This document shows, in pieces, positions 15,993-29,620 of a stretch of DNA of 64,000 nucleotides; the stretch's first letter is position 1, and each line of letters opens with the position of its first letter. The DNA lies in the NCBI GenBank assembly GCA_002269645.1, contig NIVC01000186.1, positions 558,001 through 622,000 on the forward strand. Direction: 5' to 3'. Below the pieces are notes generated by a model. It did not search any database and had not been told where the DNA came from. It saw nothing but the letters and a program-made list of their open reading frames with translations. The position numbers and the translations under genes were made by a program. This stretch comes from Macrostomum lignano. Lineage: Eukaryota.

Positions 15993-16613
15993 TCAGACCG
16001 AGCAGCTCTGGTCATAGCTGGGCGGCCGAGCCGCTGCCACAGCCGTTTCGTACGACGGCGGCGGCGTCACGTGATGATTCACTCCGTCAGAATGCGGACA
16101 GTCGCCGGGGCAAATTTCTGTCAATCTCAACTGCTGTTGTTGCAGTCGCTGCCGCCGGGCTGGTGGAGGCCTGCTGGCGCGCCACTGTCGCTGAGTTGAT
16201 GCAGTCGATCTTTCCAGCGCAATCAGCGAGGCCAGGTTGGTGCAGCAGAGCAGCACGGAGAGGCAGGCGGTGACGCTGAGGCCAATCAGATCGAAGCCAA
16301 CTGGCCGCAGGGACAGGCGGATGGCCAGCAGCGCCGACACGAACAGGCAGACGGTGCTGAATGCGACGCTGAGCCACAGCTTGGTTGACTGACAGACGGA
16401 CAGCAGAGGCGAGGCCGCCAGCAGGCCGACACAGCCGGCCGCGGCCAGCAGCATTCGTTGGCCAAGCTCGGGTCTGGCCGCCGCTGGTGCCACTGCGCCG
16501 CCGCTCGAGTTGGAGGCGTGGCGAATGGCGCTGACAGCAATTTGAAGTGCACCGGCTAGGAGCAGCAGGCTGCTGAACACCAGGGACAGGACGAGCAGAG
16601 CTCGGGACAGCAT
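15993..16613 (-). CDS. Intronless 206-aa protein with four predicted hydrophobic segments and two C-terminal PPxY motifs
   Basis: ATG-to-stop GC-rich ORF between two repeat blocks; hydrophobic stretches by eye; tail PPPSY and PPSY. Confidence 0.72.
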   Translation of the reverse strand: MLSRALLVLSLVFSSLLLLAGALQIAVSAIRHASNSSGGAVAPAAARPELGQRMLLAAAGCVGLLAASPLLSVCQSTKLWLSVAFSTVCLFVSALLAIRLSLRPVGFDLIGLSVTACLSVLLCCTNLASLIALERSTASTQRQWRASRPPPARRQRLQQQQLRLTEICPGDCPHSDGVNHHVTPPPSYETAVAAARPPSYDQSCSV

Positions 16614-16813
16614 GCCGGTTTGAGTGGCCGCCCCTCTCAGATGCTAATAATAATAACGCGAGTTTATTCTGTGATAACATGGAATTTTCCACTGTAGATC
16701 CCCGTTTGGGCCATAGAAGTGAAAAGCAAGTCTTCAATAGATTGATTATTCCACTGGGAATTGAACTGCTTGATCTCAGGCTCAATTGAAGCCTGTAGTA
16801 TACTAAATTAATC

Positions 16814-17285
16814 CCTTCTCCCTTCTCCCTTCTCCCTTCTCCCTTCTCCCTCTCCCCTTCTCCCTTCTCCCTCTCCCCTTCTCCCTTCTCCCTTTTCCCT
16901 TCCCCCTTCTCCCTTCTCCCTTCTCCTTTCTCCTTTCTCCCTTCTCCTTTCCCCCTTCTCCCTTCTCCCTTTTCCCTCTCCCCTTCTCCCTTCTCCCTTC
17001 TCCTTTCTCCCTTCTCCCTTCTCCCTTTTCTCTTCTCCCTTCCCCCTTCCCCCTTCTCCCTTCTCCCTTCCTCCTTCTCCCTCTCCCCTTCTCCCTTCTC
17101 CCTTCTCCTTTCTCCCTTCCCCCTTCTCCCTTCTCCCTTCTCCCTTCCCCCTTCTCCCTCTCCCCTTCTCCCTTCTCCCTTCTTCCTTCTCACTTCTCCT
17201 TTCTTTCTTTTCACTTTTCCATTCTCCCTTCTCTCTTCTCCCTTTCCCTTCTTCCTTCTCCCTTCTCCCTTCTCCCTTCTCCACC
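16814..17285. repeat. (CCCTTCT)n heptamer repeat
   Basis: Directly visible. Confidence 0.95.
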
Positions 17286-17465
17286 TACCCTTCTCAATAT
17301 TCCTAATCGAAGTCAGATAACCAGAAAATGTGTATTTTCACAAATAACAACTGCAATGTAGGTTATATTTTTCATTATATTATTTAAGTGTACGAATTTG
17401 ATTTTCAAAACTTTTAAGCTACTCACATCAATATTTGACATAATTGGAGCCATAGTTGGAGATTA

Positions 17466-17593
17466 GGTTCTGGGACAGGGTTCTGGGACAGGGTTCTGGG
17501 ACAGGGTTCTGGGACAGGGTTCTGGGACAGGGTTCTGGGACAGGGTTCTGGGACAGGGTTCTTGGAAAGGGTTCTGGGACAGGGTTCTGGGAC
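17466..17593. repeat. 13-bp minisatellite (GGGACAGGGTTCT)n
   Basis: Directly visible, about 10 units. Confidence 0.93.
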
Positions 17594-17880
17594 ATTTTAT
17601 GTAGTGAAACGACACCTTAATGTTTAATTCCACCAGTCAGTCAGATGTTGGTTCTGTGTTCAAAAAAGCAAAAAAAAATCAATCCAATAAGTGACTTATG
17701 GTACATTTTCATGTTTTGTACATATAAGTGACTTTTTTCACCTTTTTAGTGTGCAAAGAAAGCAAAAATAAAATAAAGCTTGTCCGACTCGAAACATCCT
17801 ACTGATAAGCTCCTCTAACAGTAGTGCAATATTAGCTAAATGTTAAATTAGATTTTTATGCGCAATTTAGCATGCTGGGC

Positions 17881-20800
17881 CTAGCAGTTGCTGTCGCTGC
17901 TCTCGCTGTCCCACCGACTGTGGGCGCCGAACTTTCCAATTGCGCCTGCAGCCTCGCCCATGCCGCCGCCACCGCCGCCGCCGCCGTTGGGCAGGTGGAC
18001 CTTCATGTGCCGGTTGAGGTTGCCGCTCTGTGAGAACCGCAGCAAGCACAGCTGGCATTGGTAGGGCTTTTCGCCGCTGTGAACCCGCAGGTGCTTGGTC
18101 AGGGTGCTGCTGTCTGAGAAGGCCTTGCCGCACAGCGGACAGGCGTAGGGCCGTTCGCCGCTGTGCGTCCTCATGTGAGTTGTGACTGACGAGCTCTGTG
18201 AGAAGCGCCGGTCGCAGATGCCGCAGCGGAACGGTTTTTCTCCCGAATGGGTGCGCAGGTGGGCGGTGAGGTTGGCGGCCTGTGCGGGGTTTTTGGTGGA
18301 AAATTTATGCATGCATTTAAGCTACTTTCAGTTAAGTAGTAGAATAGCATAATAATGCAAAATTAATATAGTAAGTTGACAATTTTATAATCTCAATGGA
18401 CGCTTTCCTGTCTATGGCTAAAAGTAAGGAACTGAGTCAAAACTCAAGCAAACTAGGCAAGACTAAATTATTTCTTAGAATCCTTACTATTGGACCGGCT
18501 GGAAAGGATAAGGATGAAAAAAGAAACTTTATTTAATAGTTGAGAACTGCCGTTTGGCAGCAGTAGATTCGGTCTTGCCCATAGACATAGACGGAAAAAG
18601 GCAAGCAGGTTTGGCCATAGACAGCGGCACAATAAAAAAGGATGCCAGTAGTTACCAACCTCTTGCGTAGAAATCATCGACTTCCATGCAGTAGAGATCA
18701 TGGAAGCTGGGGTTGGCAAACCATTTATCTTGACTGCGGGCCAGAGGAGGGAAGAGAGGAGATGGAATAGAAAAAAGAGGATAGGAGAGAAGATAAGGGG
18801 GAGGAGGAAAGGGGCAGGAGTAAAGGGGGAGAAGAGGAGAGAAGAAAGAAGAGAGGAGAGAGGAGAGGATAGGAGAAGAGAGGAGAGGAGAAGAGAGGAG
18901 AGGAGAGGAGAGGAGAGGAGAGGAGAGGAGAGGACAGGACAGGAGAGGAGAGGAGAGGACAGGAGAGGAGAGGAGAGGAGAGGAGAGGAGAGGAGAGGAG
19001 AGGAGAGGAGAGGACAGGAGAGGAGAGGAGAGGAGAGGAGAGGAGAGGAGAGGAGAGGAGAGGAGAGGAGAGGAGAGGAGAGGAGAGGAGAGGAGAGGAG
19101 AGGAGAGGACAGGAGAGGAGAGGAGAAGAGAGGAGAGGACAGGAGAGGAGAGGAGAGGAGAGGAAAGGAAAGGAGAGGAGAGGAGGGAAGAGGAGAGGAG
19201 ATTAGAGACTCCTGGTCTAAAGGCAATAAAAGCAATCCTATACATTCCTACCTAGATACAAAGCAGGATTTAACAAAGTTTCAAAATTTCAAATTTTCCT
19301 CACCTGCGAGAAAGTTTTGTCGCAAACGTGACAGCGGAACGGCCGCTCTCCGCTGTGTGTTCTCATGTGCGTCTTGAGCGTTGAGCTTCGCGCATAGGCC
19401 TTGCCGCACACCGGACACACGTTCAGCTTCTCGGACTCCGCCTCTGCACCGCTGCTGCCGCCGCCGCTGCCACCGCCGCCGCCGCCTCCGCTGGTGGCGC
19501 CTGGGAGCTCATGGAAGCTGTTCAGCATTCCTGAGCTGCCGACGCCGCCGCCGAGGGCACCTCCTCCGCCGCTACCATCGAGGCCGTAGCCGCCGCAGTA
19601 GCCGACAAAGTTGAACGCTGACGGCTGCGACTGCTGATGCGGCATCGCGGAAGCGGCTGCGCCGCTGCCACCGACTATTCCCGCGCCTCCTCCCAGGTAG
19701 TCATGGTAGCCGCCTCTGCCACTGTGGTGGTGATGGTGATGGTGATGGTGGTGGCTGTGCCTTGCGGTGGCTGCCGCTGCCGCCGCCGCAGCAGCAGCCG
19801 CAGCAGCCGCAGCCGCCTGTGACGAACTAGGTTGATGCGATTGCTGTTGTTGTTGCTGCTGCAAGTGCGGCTGATTGCTGGGTGCAAGAGGCTGCTGGTG
19901 CTGCAGTTGCTGCAGACTTGAATGTTGCTGCGGCGGCGAATTGATCGCCTGCAACTGGTATTGATGCGGCTGCTGCGGCTGCTGCGGCTGCGGCTGCTGT
20001 CCCAGCTGGTGCTCGGACTCCGGGCACAGTCCCGCAGCGGCAGCGGCGGCGGCAGCAGCGGCAGCAGCGGCTGTGGCCGTATCCTCATACGAGTAATACT
20101 CGTAGGAGTGCCAGGCCTGACCGCTTCCGCCGCCGCCGCCGTCGCCGCCAGCAGCGTAGCGCAGACTCGGCTGAGGCGGATGCTGCATCGCTTCGTGCCT
20201 CGCTGCGACACTGCCGCCGACTCCACTGCTGCCGCTGGCAACTGCTGAGCCACCGCCGTGGCAGGTAATGGCCGCGGTGGCTGCTAAGCCCAGGTTCATG
20301 TTCATGTTCAAGTTGATGTTCATCGCTGCCGGATAGAACCCGCCACCGCCGCTGCCGCCGCCAGGGCCAACGCCAGCGCTGCCGCCACCGTAGTCGTGAT
20401 AGGCGGTTGAAGACATGAGCGTCAGGTCGTGGTCGGCGTGGAATAGCGAAGCAGTCAGCTCGTGCGGGTGATGGCCCGGATGGGGATGATGATGGTGTAG
20501 GCTTGGCTGATGAAGCTGCTGCTGCTGCTGATGCTGGTGCAGGTGATGCTGGGCGAGTCCGAAGTCCGACGACTTCTCTCGTCTGCGCAGGTCAACAGCA
20601 GGCGGCTGGAATGCCGTCTGCGGCCTGCGGGTTCAAAAAAGGCGAATTCCAAGTTTCCAAGCTGGAAACTTCCCAAACTAGAATCTTCTCAAGCTGGAAA
20701 CTTCCCAAACTAGAATCTTCTCAAGCTGGAAACTCCATAAACTGGAAACTTTTCAAACTGGCAACCTCCTAAACTGGAAGCCTCCTAAACTGGAAGCCTC

Positions 20801-21701
20801 CTAAACTGGCAGCCTCCTAAACTGGAAACCTTCTAAACTGGCAGCCTCCTAAACTGGAAACCTCCTAAACTGGAAGCCTCCTAAACTGGCAGCCTCCTAA
20901 ACTGGAAACCTCCTAAACTGGAAGCCTCCTAAACTGGCAGCCTCCTAAACTGGAAACCTCCTAAACTGGAAGCCTCCTAAACTGGCAGCCTCCTAAACTG
21001 GAAACCTTCTAAACTGGAAGCCTCCTAAACTGGCAGCCTCCTAAACTGGAAACCTTCTAAACTGGAAACTTCCTAAACTGGAAACCTCCTAAACTGGAAG
21101 CCTCCTAAACTGGAAACTTCATAGACTGGAAACTTCATAGACTGGAAACTTCCCAAACTGGAAACTTCCCAAATTGGAAACTTCAGACTGACTTCAGTCT
21201 GTCGGCATCAACTGGAGTTCTAGTTGATCAGCAGTTCGACAAAATTAGAATTTTTTCTCACCGATAACCTGGCGAAGCTGCAGCCATGGCGCTGTAAAAA
21301 GAAGTCTGCTGGTGCAGGTACTGCGCCGACTGTTGCTGCTGCAGCAGCACCTGATGCTGCTCGTGATCATTCGCTGTCTGCGGCGTCAGCGGAGATCGAG
21401 GCGACGGTGAAGACGACGGAGGCGGCGGCGGCTGATGCTGAGGGAGTCTGCAAGTGGCGCCGTTAGCCGTTGGCTGATGATGCTGCTGATGATGGTGCTG
21501 CTGCTGATGCTGGGCAAAATGCCCGGTTGCTGTGGCCGCCGCTGCGGCTGCCGCGGCTACGGCGGTTGCTGCAACCGCAGCCGCTGCCGATGTGGCGGCG
21601 GTGGCTGCCGTGCTGTGCTGCCCGACGCCTCTCCCGACGCTCCCGTTTCCTCCACTGACGCCGCCGCCCCGCTTGAACGCCGCATCGAAGCAGCACTCCA
21701 T
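17881..21701 (-). CDS. gl: Glass C2H2 zinc-finger transcription factor; exons 21701-21262, 20624-19304, 18279-17881 (about 719 aa)
   Basis: Five fingers [21 protein letters not shown] / [14 protein letters not shown] / [16 protein letters not shown] / [14 protein letters not shown] / [18 protein letters not shown] are characteristic of Glass. Splice phases are consistent (440+1321+399 = 2160 nt). Confidence 0.93.
18830..19200. repeat. (GAGGA)n pentamer, glass intron 2
   Basis: Directly visible. Confidence 0.96.
20655..21185. repeat. 16-bp minisatellite (CCTCCTAAACTGGAAG)n, glass intron 1
   Basis: Directly visible. Confidence 0.92.
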
Positions 21702-22249
21702 CTTCAGCTGCGGATTGATAAGAAATGGAAACTGATGTCGATTGATTTGGCTGCAGCTCTCTAGGCCTGTCGAGGTGAGTTTTCAACGAAGCGCGGAGGC
21801 TGAGGAGGATGATGAGGCGGCGAATGATTTCAAGTCGAATAAACTAGAGAGAGAGAGAGAGTTGATGAGGCGAGGGGTGGGGGCTGATGAAGCCTCTCAA
21901 AGTGAAAATGGATAGATGAAAAATTAGTAATAAAAACTGATGTCAAAAAAGCATTTGCTTCTTTTTCAATTTCTTTGCTGCTTTCCAGCGCCTCCCCGCT
22001 GCCTCAGTTAGAGGGATTCCCTCACCGAATAGCCGCCCGCTGCCGGCCTGTGCATCCGCGTTCGAAAGCTGAGCTTGAGTTCGCTGCTCGTTGCCACTCA
22101 CTCCGGCGGGGGGTCTCGTGTTTTGGAACCAAATTAAAAAGGCTTTTATATATGCTAATATCCTGTAGGTATGGGCAGAGATACACGCCTGTCGAGCAGT
22201 AAATAAATTGGTTAATTTTTTTGAAGAGTTAAAAGCAATCGTTGCGGCC

Positions 22250-22510
22250 CTTTATAGGCCTGCAGCCTCGCGAAGGTAAAAAGGGCCACAGAATTTGGCG
22301 GGCTTCATCCTGGGGCTCCTCCTTCGAGCTCCCCTTTCACCCCCACCCCCCACCACCTGATGGAGGCCGCGCCTACCCGACCGAATGTGCCAAAACTGGG
22401 ATTGGGCGTGGGCACTCCGAGCCGGGATGAAGCTCCACAAGTGCCTCTCCTCTCCGCCTCAGCCTCCCCTCCCCAGGGCTCGAGCGCTCCGCCATTGGTT
22501 GGCCGCCACC
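22250..22510 (-). promoter_or_regulatory. Candidate glass proximal promoter
   Basis: TATAAAG on the minus strand at 22256-22250, with GC-rich sequence and CCAAT-like motifs near 22490-22500; position only, no TSS data. Confidence 0.3.
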
Positions 22511-23139
22511 CGCCCTTAGTAGGTCTTCCCAAAATTTTCCCCCCGAATCGAGCAAAAATCTCACAGGGAGAAATTGTTTCTTTGTTTCTCAGTTCAGCGA
22601 GCGCCCAGTCTCCTTCATCAGGGTCTCTCCTGTTCGTGGCTGTTTCGCCATCCCTCTCGGGTCGAAGCAGTCATGCGCGATCGCCCGCCTACCGTATTTT
22701 TGGGATCGGGGATTATCTTCCCCGTTCAACTGCAGAGAGAGAGAGGGGATTAACTTGCTTAAAGTGACTTTTTGAGGTTGTTGGTCCTCTTGCAGCTGTC
22801 GTGTGTGACCTTCGGTTCTTCATGCCCCGGGCTAATTTAGCGTGAAATTTGCGGAATAAATACAGTTTCAATTTGGGTGCAACAGGTGCGGTTTAGTGAA
22901 GTTTCTTATGCAATTGCATTTGTTAGTTTTTTGTGATGAAGTGTTTAATAATTGTATCAGACGGCCCTTTATTGTTCGTTTGATAAATTGTGTTCCAGAC
23001 ATTGCTTTTAGCAAGTCGTTTTTTATGGAAATATAAAAGATTGAGTAGGGATAGACTAGAAAGGAATATACTAAATTGACTGCTACAGAGGGTTAGAGTA
23101 GACAGTAGACAGATAGAATAGAGTGAAAAAAAGTCGATA

Positions 23140-26100
23140 GATGATAGACCATAGACTAGAATAGAGTAGACAGATGATAGACCATAGAGTAGAATAGAGT
23201 GGATAGATGATAGACCATAGAGTGGAATAGAGTGGACAGATGATAGACCATAGAGTAGAATAGAGTGGATAGATGATAGACCATAGAGTGGAATAGAGTG
23301 GACAGATGATAGACCATAGAGTAGAATAGAGTGGATAGATGATAGACCATAGAGTAGAATAGAGTGGATAGATGATAGACCATAGAGTAGAATGGAGTGG
23401 ATAGATGATAGACCATAGAGTAGAATAGAGTGGATAGATGATAGACCATAGAGTAGAATGGAGTGGATAGATGATAGACCATAGAGTAGAATAGAGTGGA
23501 TAGATGATAGAACATAGAGTAGAATAGAGTGGATAGATGCTAGACCATAAAGTAGAATAGAGTGGATAGATGCTAGACCATAGAGTAGAATAGAGTGGAT
23601 AGATGCTAGACCATAAAGTAGAATAGAGTGGATAGATGCTAGACCATAGAGTAGAATAGAGTGGATAGATGCTAGACCATAAAGTAGAATAGAGTGGATA
23701 GATGCTAGACCATAGAGTAGAATAGAGTGGATAGATGCTAGACCATAGAGTAGAATAGAGTGGACAGATAATAGACCATAGAGTAGAATAGAGTGGACAG
23801 ATAATAGACCATAGAGTAGAATAGAGTGGACAGATAATAGACCATAGAGTAGAATAGAGTGGATAGATGCTAGACCATAGAGTAGAATAGAGTGGACAGA
23901 TAATAGACCATAGAGTAGAATAGAGTGGATAGATGATAGACCATAGAGTAGAATAGAGTGGACAGATAATAGACCATAGACTAGAATAGAGTAGACAGAT
24001 GATAGACCATAGAGTAGAATAGAGTGGATAGATGATAGACCATAGAGTGGAATAGAGTGGACAGATGATAGACCATAGAGTAGAATAGAGTGGATAGATT
24101 ATAGACCATAGAGTAGAATAGAGTGGATAGATGATAGACCATAGAGTAGAATGGAGTGGATAGATGATAGACCATAGAGTAGAATAGAGTGGATAGATGA
24201 TAGACCATAGAGTAGAATGGAGTGGATAGATGATAGACCATAGAGTAGAATAGAGTGGATAGATGATAGAACATAGAGTAGAATAGAGTGGATAGATGCT
24301 AGACCATATAGAGTAGAATAGAGTGGATAGATGCTAGACCATAGAGTAGAATAGAGTGGATAGATGCTAGACCATAAAGTAGAATAGAGTGGATAGATGC
24401 TAGACCATAGAGTAGAATAGAGTGGATAGATGCTAGACCATAAAGTAGAATAGAGTGGATAGATGCTAGACCATAGAGTAGAATAGAGTGGATAGATGCT
24501 AGACCATAGAGTAGAATAGAGTGGACAGATAATAGACCATAGAGTAGAATAGAGTGGACAGATAATAGACCATAGAGTAGAATAGAGTGGACAGATAATA
24601 GACCATAGAGTAGAATAGAGTGGATAGATGCTAGACCATAGAGTAGAATAGAGTGGACAGATAATAGACCATAGAGTAGAATAGAGTGGATAGATGATAG
24701 ACCATAGAGTAGAATAGAGTGGACAGATAATAGACCATAGAGTAGAATAGAGTGGATAGATGCTAGACCATAGAGTAGAATAGAGTGGACAGATAATAGA
24801 CCATAGAGTAGAATAGAGTGGATAGATGCTAGACCATAAAGTAGAATAGAGTGGATAGATGCTAGACCATAGAGTAGAATAGAGTGGATAGATGCTAGAC
24901 CATAGAGTAGAATAGAGTGGATAGATGATAGACCATAGAGTAGAATAGAGTGGATAAATGCTAGACCATAAAGTAGAATAGAGTGGATAGATGCTAGACC
25001 ATAGAGTAGAATAGAGTGGATAGATGCTAGACCATAGAGTAGAATAGAGTGGACAGATAATAGACCATAGAGTAGAATAGAGTGGACAGATAATAGACCA
25101 TAGAGTAGAATAGAGTGGATAGATGCTAGACCATAGAGTAGAATAGAGTGGACAGATAATAGACCATAGAGTAGAATAGAGTGGATAGATGATAGAACAT
25201 AGAGTAGAATAGAGTGGATAGATGCTAGACCATATAGAGTAGAATAGAGTGGATAGATGCTAGACCATAGAGTAGAATAGAGCGGATAGATGCTAGACCA
25301 TAAAGTAGAATAGAGTGGATAGATGCTAGACCATAGAGTAGAATAGAGTGGACAGATAATAGACCATAGAGTAGAATAGAGTGGATAGATGCTAGACCAT
25401 AGAGTAGAATAGAGTGGACAGATAATAGACCATAGAGTAGAATAGAGTGGATAGATGATAGACCATAGAGTAGAATAGAGTGGACAGATAATAGACCATA
25501 GAGTAGAATAGAGTGGATAGATGCTAGACCATAGAGTAGAATAGAGTGGACAGATAATAGACCATAGAGTAGAATAGAGTGGATAGATGCTAGACCATAG
25601 AGTAGAATAGAGTGGACAGATAATAGACCATAGAGTAGAATAGAGTGGATAGATGCTAGACCATAGAGTAGAATAGAGTGGACAGATAATAGACCATAGA
25701 GTAGAATAGAGTGGATAAATGATAGACCATAGAGTAGAATAGAGTGGACAGATAATAGACCATAGAGTAGAATAGAGTGGATAAATGATAGACCATAGAG
25801 TAGAATAGAGTGGACAGATAATAGACCATAGAGTAGAATAGAGTGGATAGATGCTAGACCATAGAGTAGAATAGAGTGGACAGATAATAGACCATAGAGT
25901 AGAATAGAGTGGATAGATGCTAGACCATAGAGTAGAATAGAGTGGACAGATAATAGACCATAGAGTAGAATAGAGTGGATAGATGCTAGACCATAGAGTA
26001 GAATAGAGTGGATAGATGATAGACCATAGAGTAGAATAGAGTGGATAGATGCTAGACCATAGAGTAGAATAGAGTGGATAGATGCTAGACCATAGAGTAG

Positions 26101-26165
26101 AATAGAGTGGATAGATGCTAGACCATAGAGTAGAATAGATTGGATAGATGCTAGACCATAGAGTA
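23140..26165. repeat. 33-bp satellite (ATAGAGTAGAATAGAGTGGATAGATGATAGACC)n, about 90 units, with higher-order blocks
   Basis: Directly visible; 11-aa periodic pseudo-ORFs. Confidence 0.97.
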
Positions 26166-26664
26166 GAGCAAGTAGGAGAATTTCGATTGCCTCCAGATGG
26201 CGAAAGCTTCAACAAAAACCGAGAAGGAGAAAAAGTATTTACAAAACAGACGGTCTCATGTTGTCAACAGCAACCCCCCCCCCACTCATCAAAGCTCGCG
26301 AGACAAAAACAACTGACTATAGACTGTGAAACCAGGTTGAAATTATCAGCTCAACAAGGTGCAGTCTCGATATTAATCTTGACAAAATTTATATATAACG
26401 CCGAGCATTGATTGGCGAGGTCATTTGACAGGTGAGATAAAAATCGTTGAGGGGACAGACAGGCTAACAAAGCCCATTCCGTGTTCGCTGCGGATACAGC
26501 TGTGTGCATCTGTTTGACTATTTCAATCAACCCTAGCTTGGCAACAAATCTATATTCTACAAGGAGAGCCGGTGACAGAAGATTTCCGCAGATAAGTGCC
26601 TAAATAATGGTCGAATTTTGGCGACAAGTTTTTTATTTACTATGAATAACTGACACGAGATAAA

Positions 26665-26930
26665 ATCTCCTTCCATGAGAATCTCCTTCCATGAGAATCT
26701 CCTTTCATGAGAATCTCCTTTCATGAGAATCTCCTTCCATGAGAATCTCCTTCCATGAGAATCTCCTTCCATGAGAATCTCCTTCCATGAGAATCTCCTT
26801 CCATGAGAATCTCCTTCCATGAGAATCTCCTTCCATGAGAATCTCCTTCCATGAGAATCTCCTTCCATGAGAATCTCCTTCCATGAGAATCTCCTTCCAT
26901 GAGAATCTCCTTCCATGAAAATCTCCTTCC
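26665..26930. repeat. 16-bp minisatellite (GAGAATCTCCTTCCAT)n
   Basis: Directly visible. Confidence 0.95.
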
Positions 26931-26931
26931 T

Positions 26932-27352
26932 TCATCTAGAGACAGAGCTGGATTCATCTAGAGACAGAGCTGGAGTCATCTAGAGACAGAGCTGGAGTCA
27001 TCTAGAGACAGAGCTGGAGTCATCTAGAGACAGAGCTGGAGTCATCTAGAGACAGAGCTGGAGTCATCTAGAGACAGAGCTGGAGTCATCTAGAGACAGA
27101 GCTGGAGTCATCTAGAGACAGAGCTGGAGTCATCTAGAGACAGAGCTGGAGTCATCTAGAGACAGAGCTGGAGTCATCTAAAGACAGAGCTGGAGTCATC
27201 TAGAGACAGAGCTGGAGTCATCTAGAGACAGAGCTGGAGTCATCTAGAGACTGAGCTGGAGTCATCTAGAGACAGAGCTGGAGTCATCTAGAGACAGAGC
27301 TGGAGTCATCTAGAGACAGAGCTGGAGTCATCTAGAGACAGAGCTGGATTCA
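26932..27352. repeat. 22-bp minisatellite (CATCTAGAGACAGAGCTGGAGT)n abutting the previous array
   Basis: Directly visible. Confidence 0.95.
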
Positions 27353-27761
27353 TCTGCACAATCCAGAGACATTGCTTTCCAAAATAAAAGCCAACAGCAG
27401 ACCAGGCGCACCGCTTCCGTGACCCAGATTAATTCCCTTTTGCTCGGCTAATCTCCATGGGGATTTATTATTGAGAAATTCGGGCAAGCAAGGCTTCCCT
27501 ATGCGCTGTGCTCGTTGCCGAGCGCTGGAGGCGAGACGGGACGGTCGGGGAAGCGCGCAGAGGCCGCAGCGCACGCAAAGACAACCAGAGGCAGATGGAC
27601 ACAGGGGGGGGGGGGGGGGGGGGGTATCTAAGGGGGCGATGAAGCATAAAAGAGCTACTTGGGTTTTGGAATATATTTGAATCCGTTCGGCTTTTCTATC
27701 TGCCGCTGTTCATGGACCCCTTCACGAGCCCCTAGACTGGAGAGCGGAGCCGAGGCATTAG

Positions 27762-28028
27762 CGAGCGTGACATATATGCACATGACATAAGCGAGCGAGA
27801 CATATATGCACATGACATAAGCGAGCGAGACATATATGCACATGACATAAGCGAGCGAGACATATATGCACATGACATATATGCACATGACATAAGCGAG
27901 CGAGACATATATGCACATGACATATATGCACATGACATAAGCGAGCGAGACATATATGCACATGACATAAGCGAGCGAGACATATATGCACATGACATAA
28001 GCGAGCATGACATAAGCGAGCATGACAT
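27762..28028. repeat. 30-bp minisatellite (GCGAGCGAGACATATATGCACATGACATAA)n
   Basis: Directly visible. Confidence 0.93.
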
Positions 28029-29147
28029 ATAAGGACTTCAATATATTCGAATGTTTAAACTGAGACGATCTTCTTGCAAAAAAGGAAGCAAAAGTGCTTT
28101 TCTCTGTCAATAAATTTCAAGCATTCATTTTGACCAATATTTCTCGGCTCGTTCCAGTCCAACGACACATTTTGAGGGGTCCATGACGTTACCCCAGCCC
28201 GGCAGTGGCTCAGCAGTTAGTCCGCCAGCCAACTGTCCACTTTACTGTATAGGATGACAGCCCTGTCCAGTCTTATCTTAACTTTCTCTCTCCCCTCGGA
28301 GTGATTAGCCTAAACTGGGGATTCGCTTATCGCGTGACCAGCGGCGCTACGTTAAAGAGAAAAAATCTTTAAGCGGAAATTCACAAAGGTAAAAATTAAC
28401 GGCCGGGGGAGAGGCAACGGCCGGGGATTTTTCGGCTGGAGAGAGACGGTAAGCCTTCGGTTTCTAAGAAGCCAGCTATCTGTCGCCCGAGGCAGTGTGA
28501 CAGGGGGATGCGACTGCTAATTCCTTGAAATCTGGCTCCACAGGTGAACAAAGAGAGAGAGGGGGCGCTGTTTGATGTACCGGAAAAGAGAAAGTCAAGT
28601 GGACGCCCACAGTTAACAACGACTTTTGTTAGCGGCTAATTGTAAATAAGTGAGTGAACTTAGTGAATGCTCACAATGTTTCAATGGGCTGGTTGCGCTA
28701 TGGACAGCATATATAATATAAATATACCAATATACATGTACCTGTGAATAATTAGAAAGGTTTTTGTTTGTGCGTTTGTGCAACCAAGTCAAAGACGGTT
28801 GCAAAAAACAACCTTTAGCTGTTTCACTCTAATCGCAGTACATGCTAATATCATTATTAATCATAAATGACACATGGGTGCTTCCGCAACAACAGTGCAG
28901 ACGCGTGAGTTTATCATTATATTTATTTTATATAATAAGCGCATACAGTACAATATTGGATGCAAGAGTACTTTAATCAACAAAAAATATCTGATATTTG
29001 AGACACATCTATAGATTACAGAGTGGTATTTGTGATAAACGGTAGATAGCTGAAGGATATACGTACACGTAACTATCGCAAACTTATTAAGCAATAAAAT
29101 TCTCTTATCTACATTTTTATGGTTACTACAATTTTTTGGGCCACCAA

Positions 29148-29548
29148 ATCGTTTGATTTGCCGCCCGCCAGCACCCGATTCCCTAATCGTTTGATGTGCC
29201 GCCAGCACCCGATTCTCTAATCGTTTGTTGTGACGACAGCACTCGATTCTCTAATCGTTTTTTGTGACGACAGCACCCGATTCTCTAATCGTTTTTTGTG
29301 ACGACAGCACCCGATTCTCTAATCGTTTTTTGTGACGACAGCACCCGATTCTCTAATCGTTTGTTGTGACGACAGCACCCGATTCTCTAATCGTTTGTTG
29401 TGACGACAGCACCCGATTCTCTAATCGTTTGATGTGCCGCCAGCACCCGATTATTTAATCGTTTGATTTGCCGCCAGCACCCGATTCTCTAATAGTTTGA
29501 TGTGCCGCCCGCCAGCACCCGATTCCCTAATCGTTTGATGTGCCGCCA
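29148..29548. repeat. 34-bp minisatellite (TCGTTTGATGTGCCGCCAGCACCCGATTCTCTAA)n
   Basis: Directly visible. Confidence 0.92.
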
Positions 29549-29620
29549 TCCCTTCAACCCTGCAAATAAGTTTTTGGTCAAGAAGCTTCAATAGAAACAA
29601 TATGACTAATACACGAAGCC

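Noticed and set aside
27350-27760. Short GC-rich ORFs around the poly-G tract
   Set aside because: No convincing start, splice partners or protein similarity
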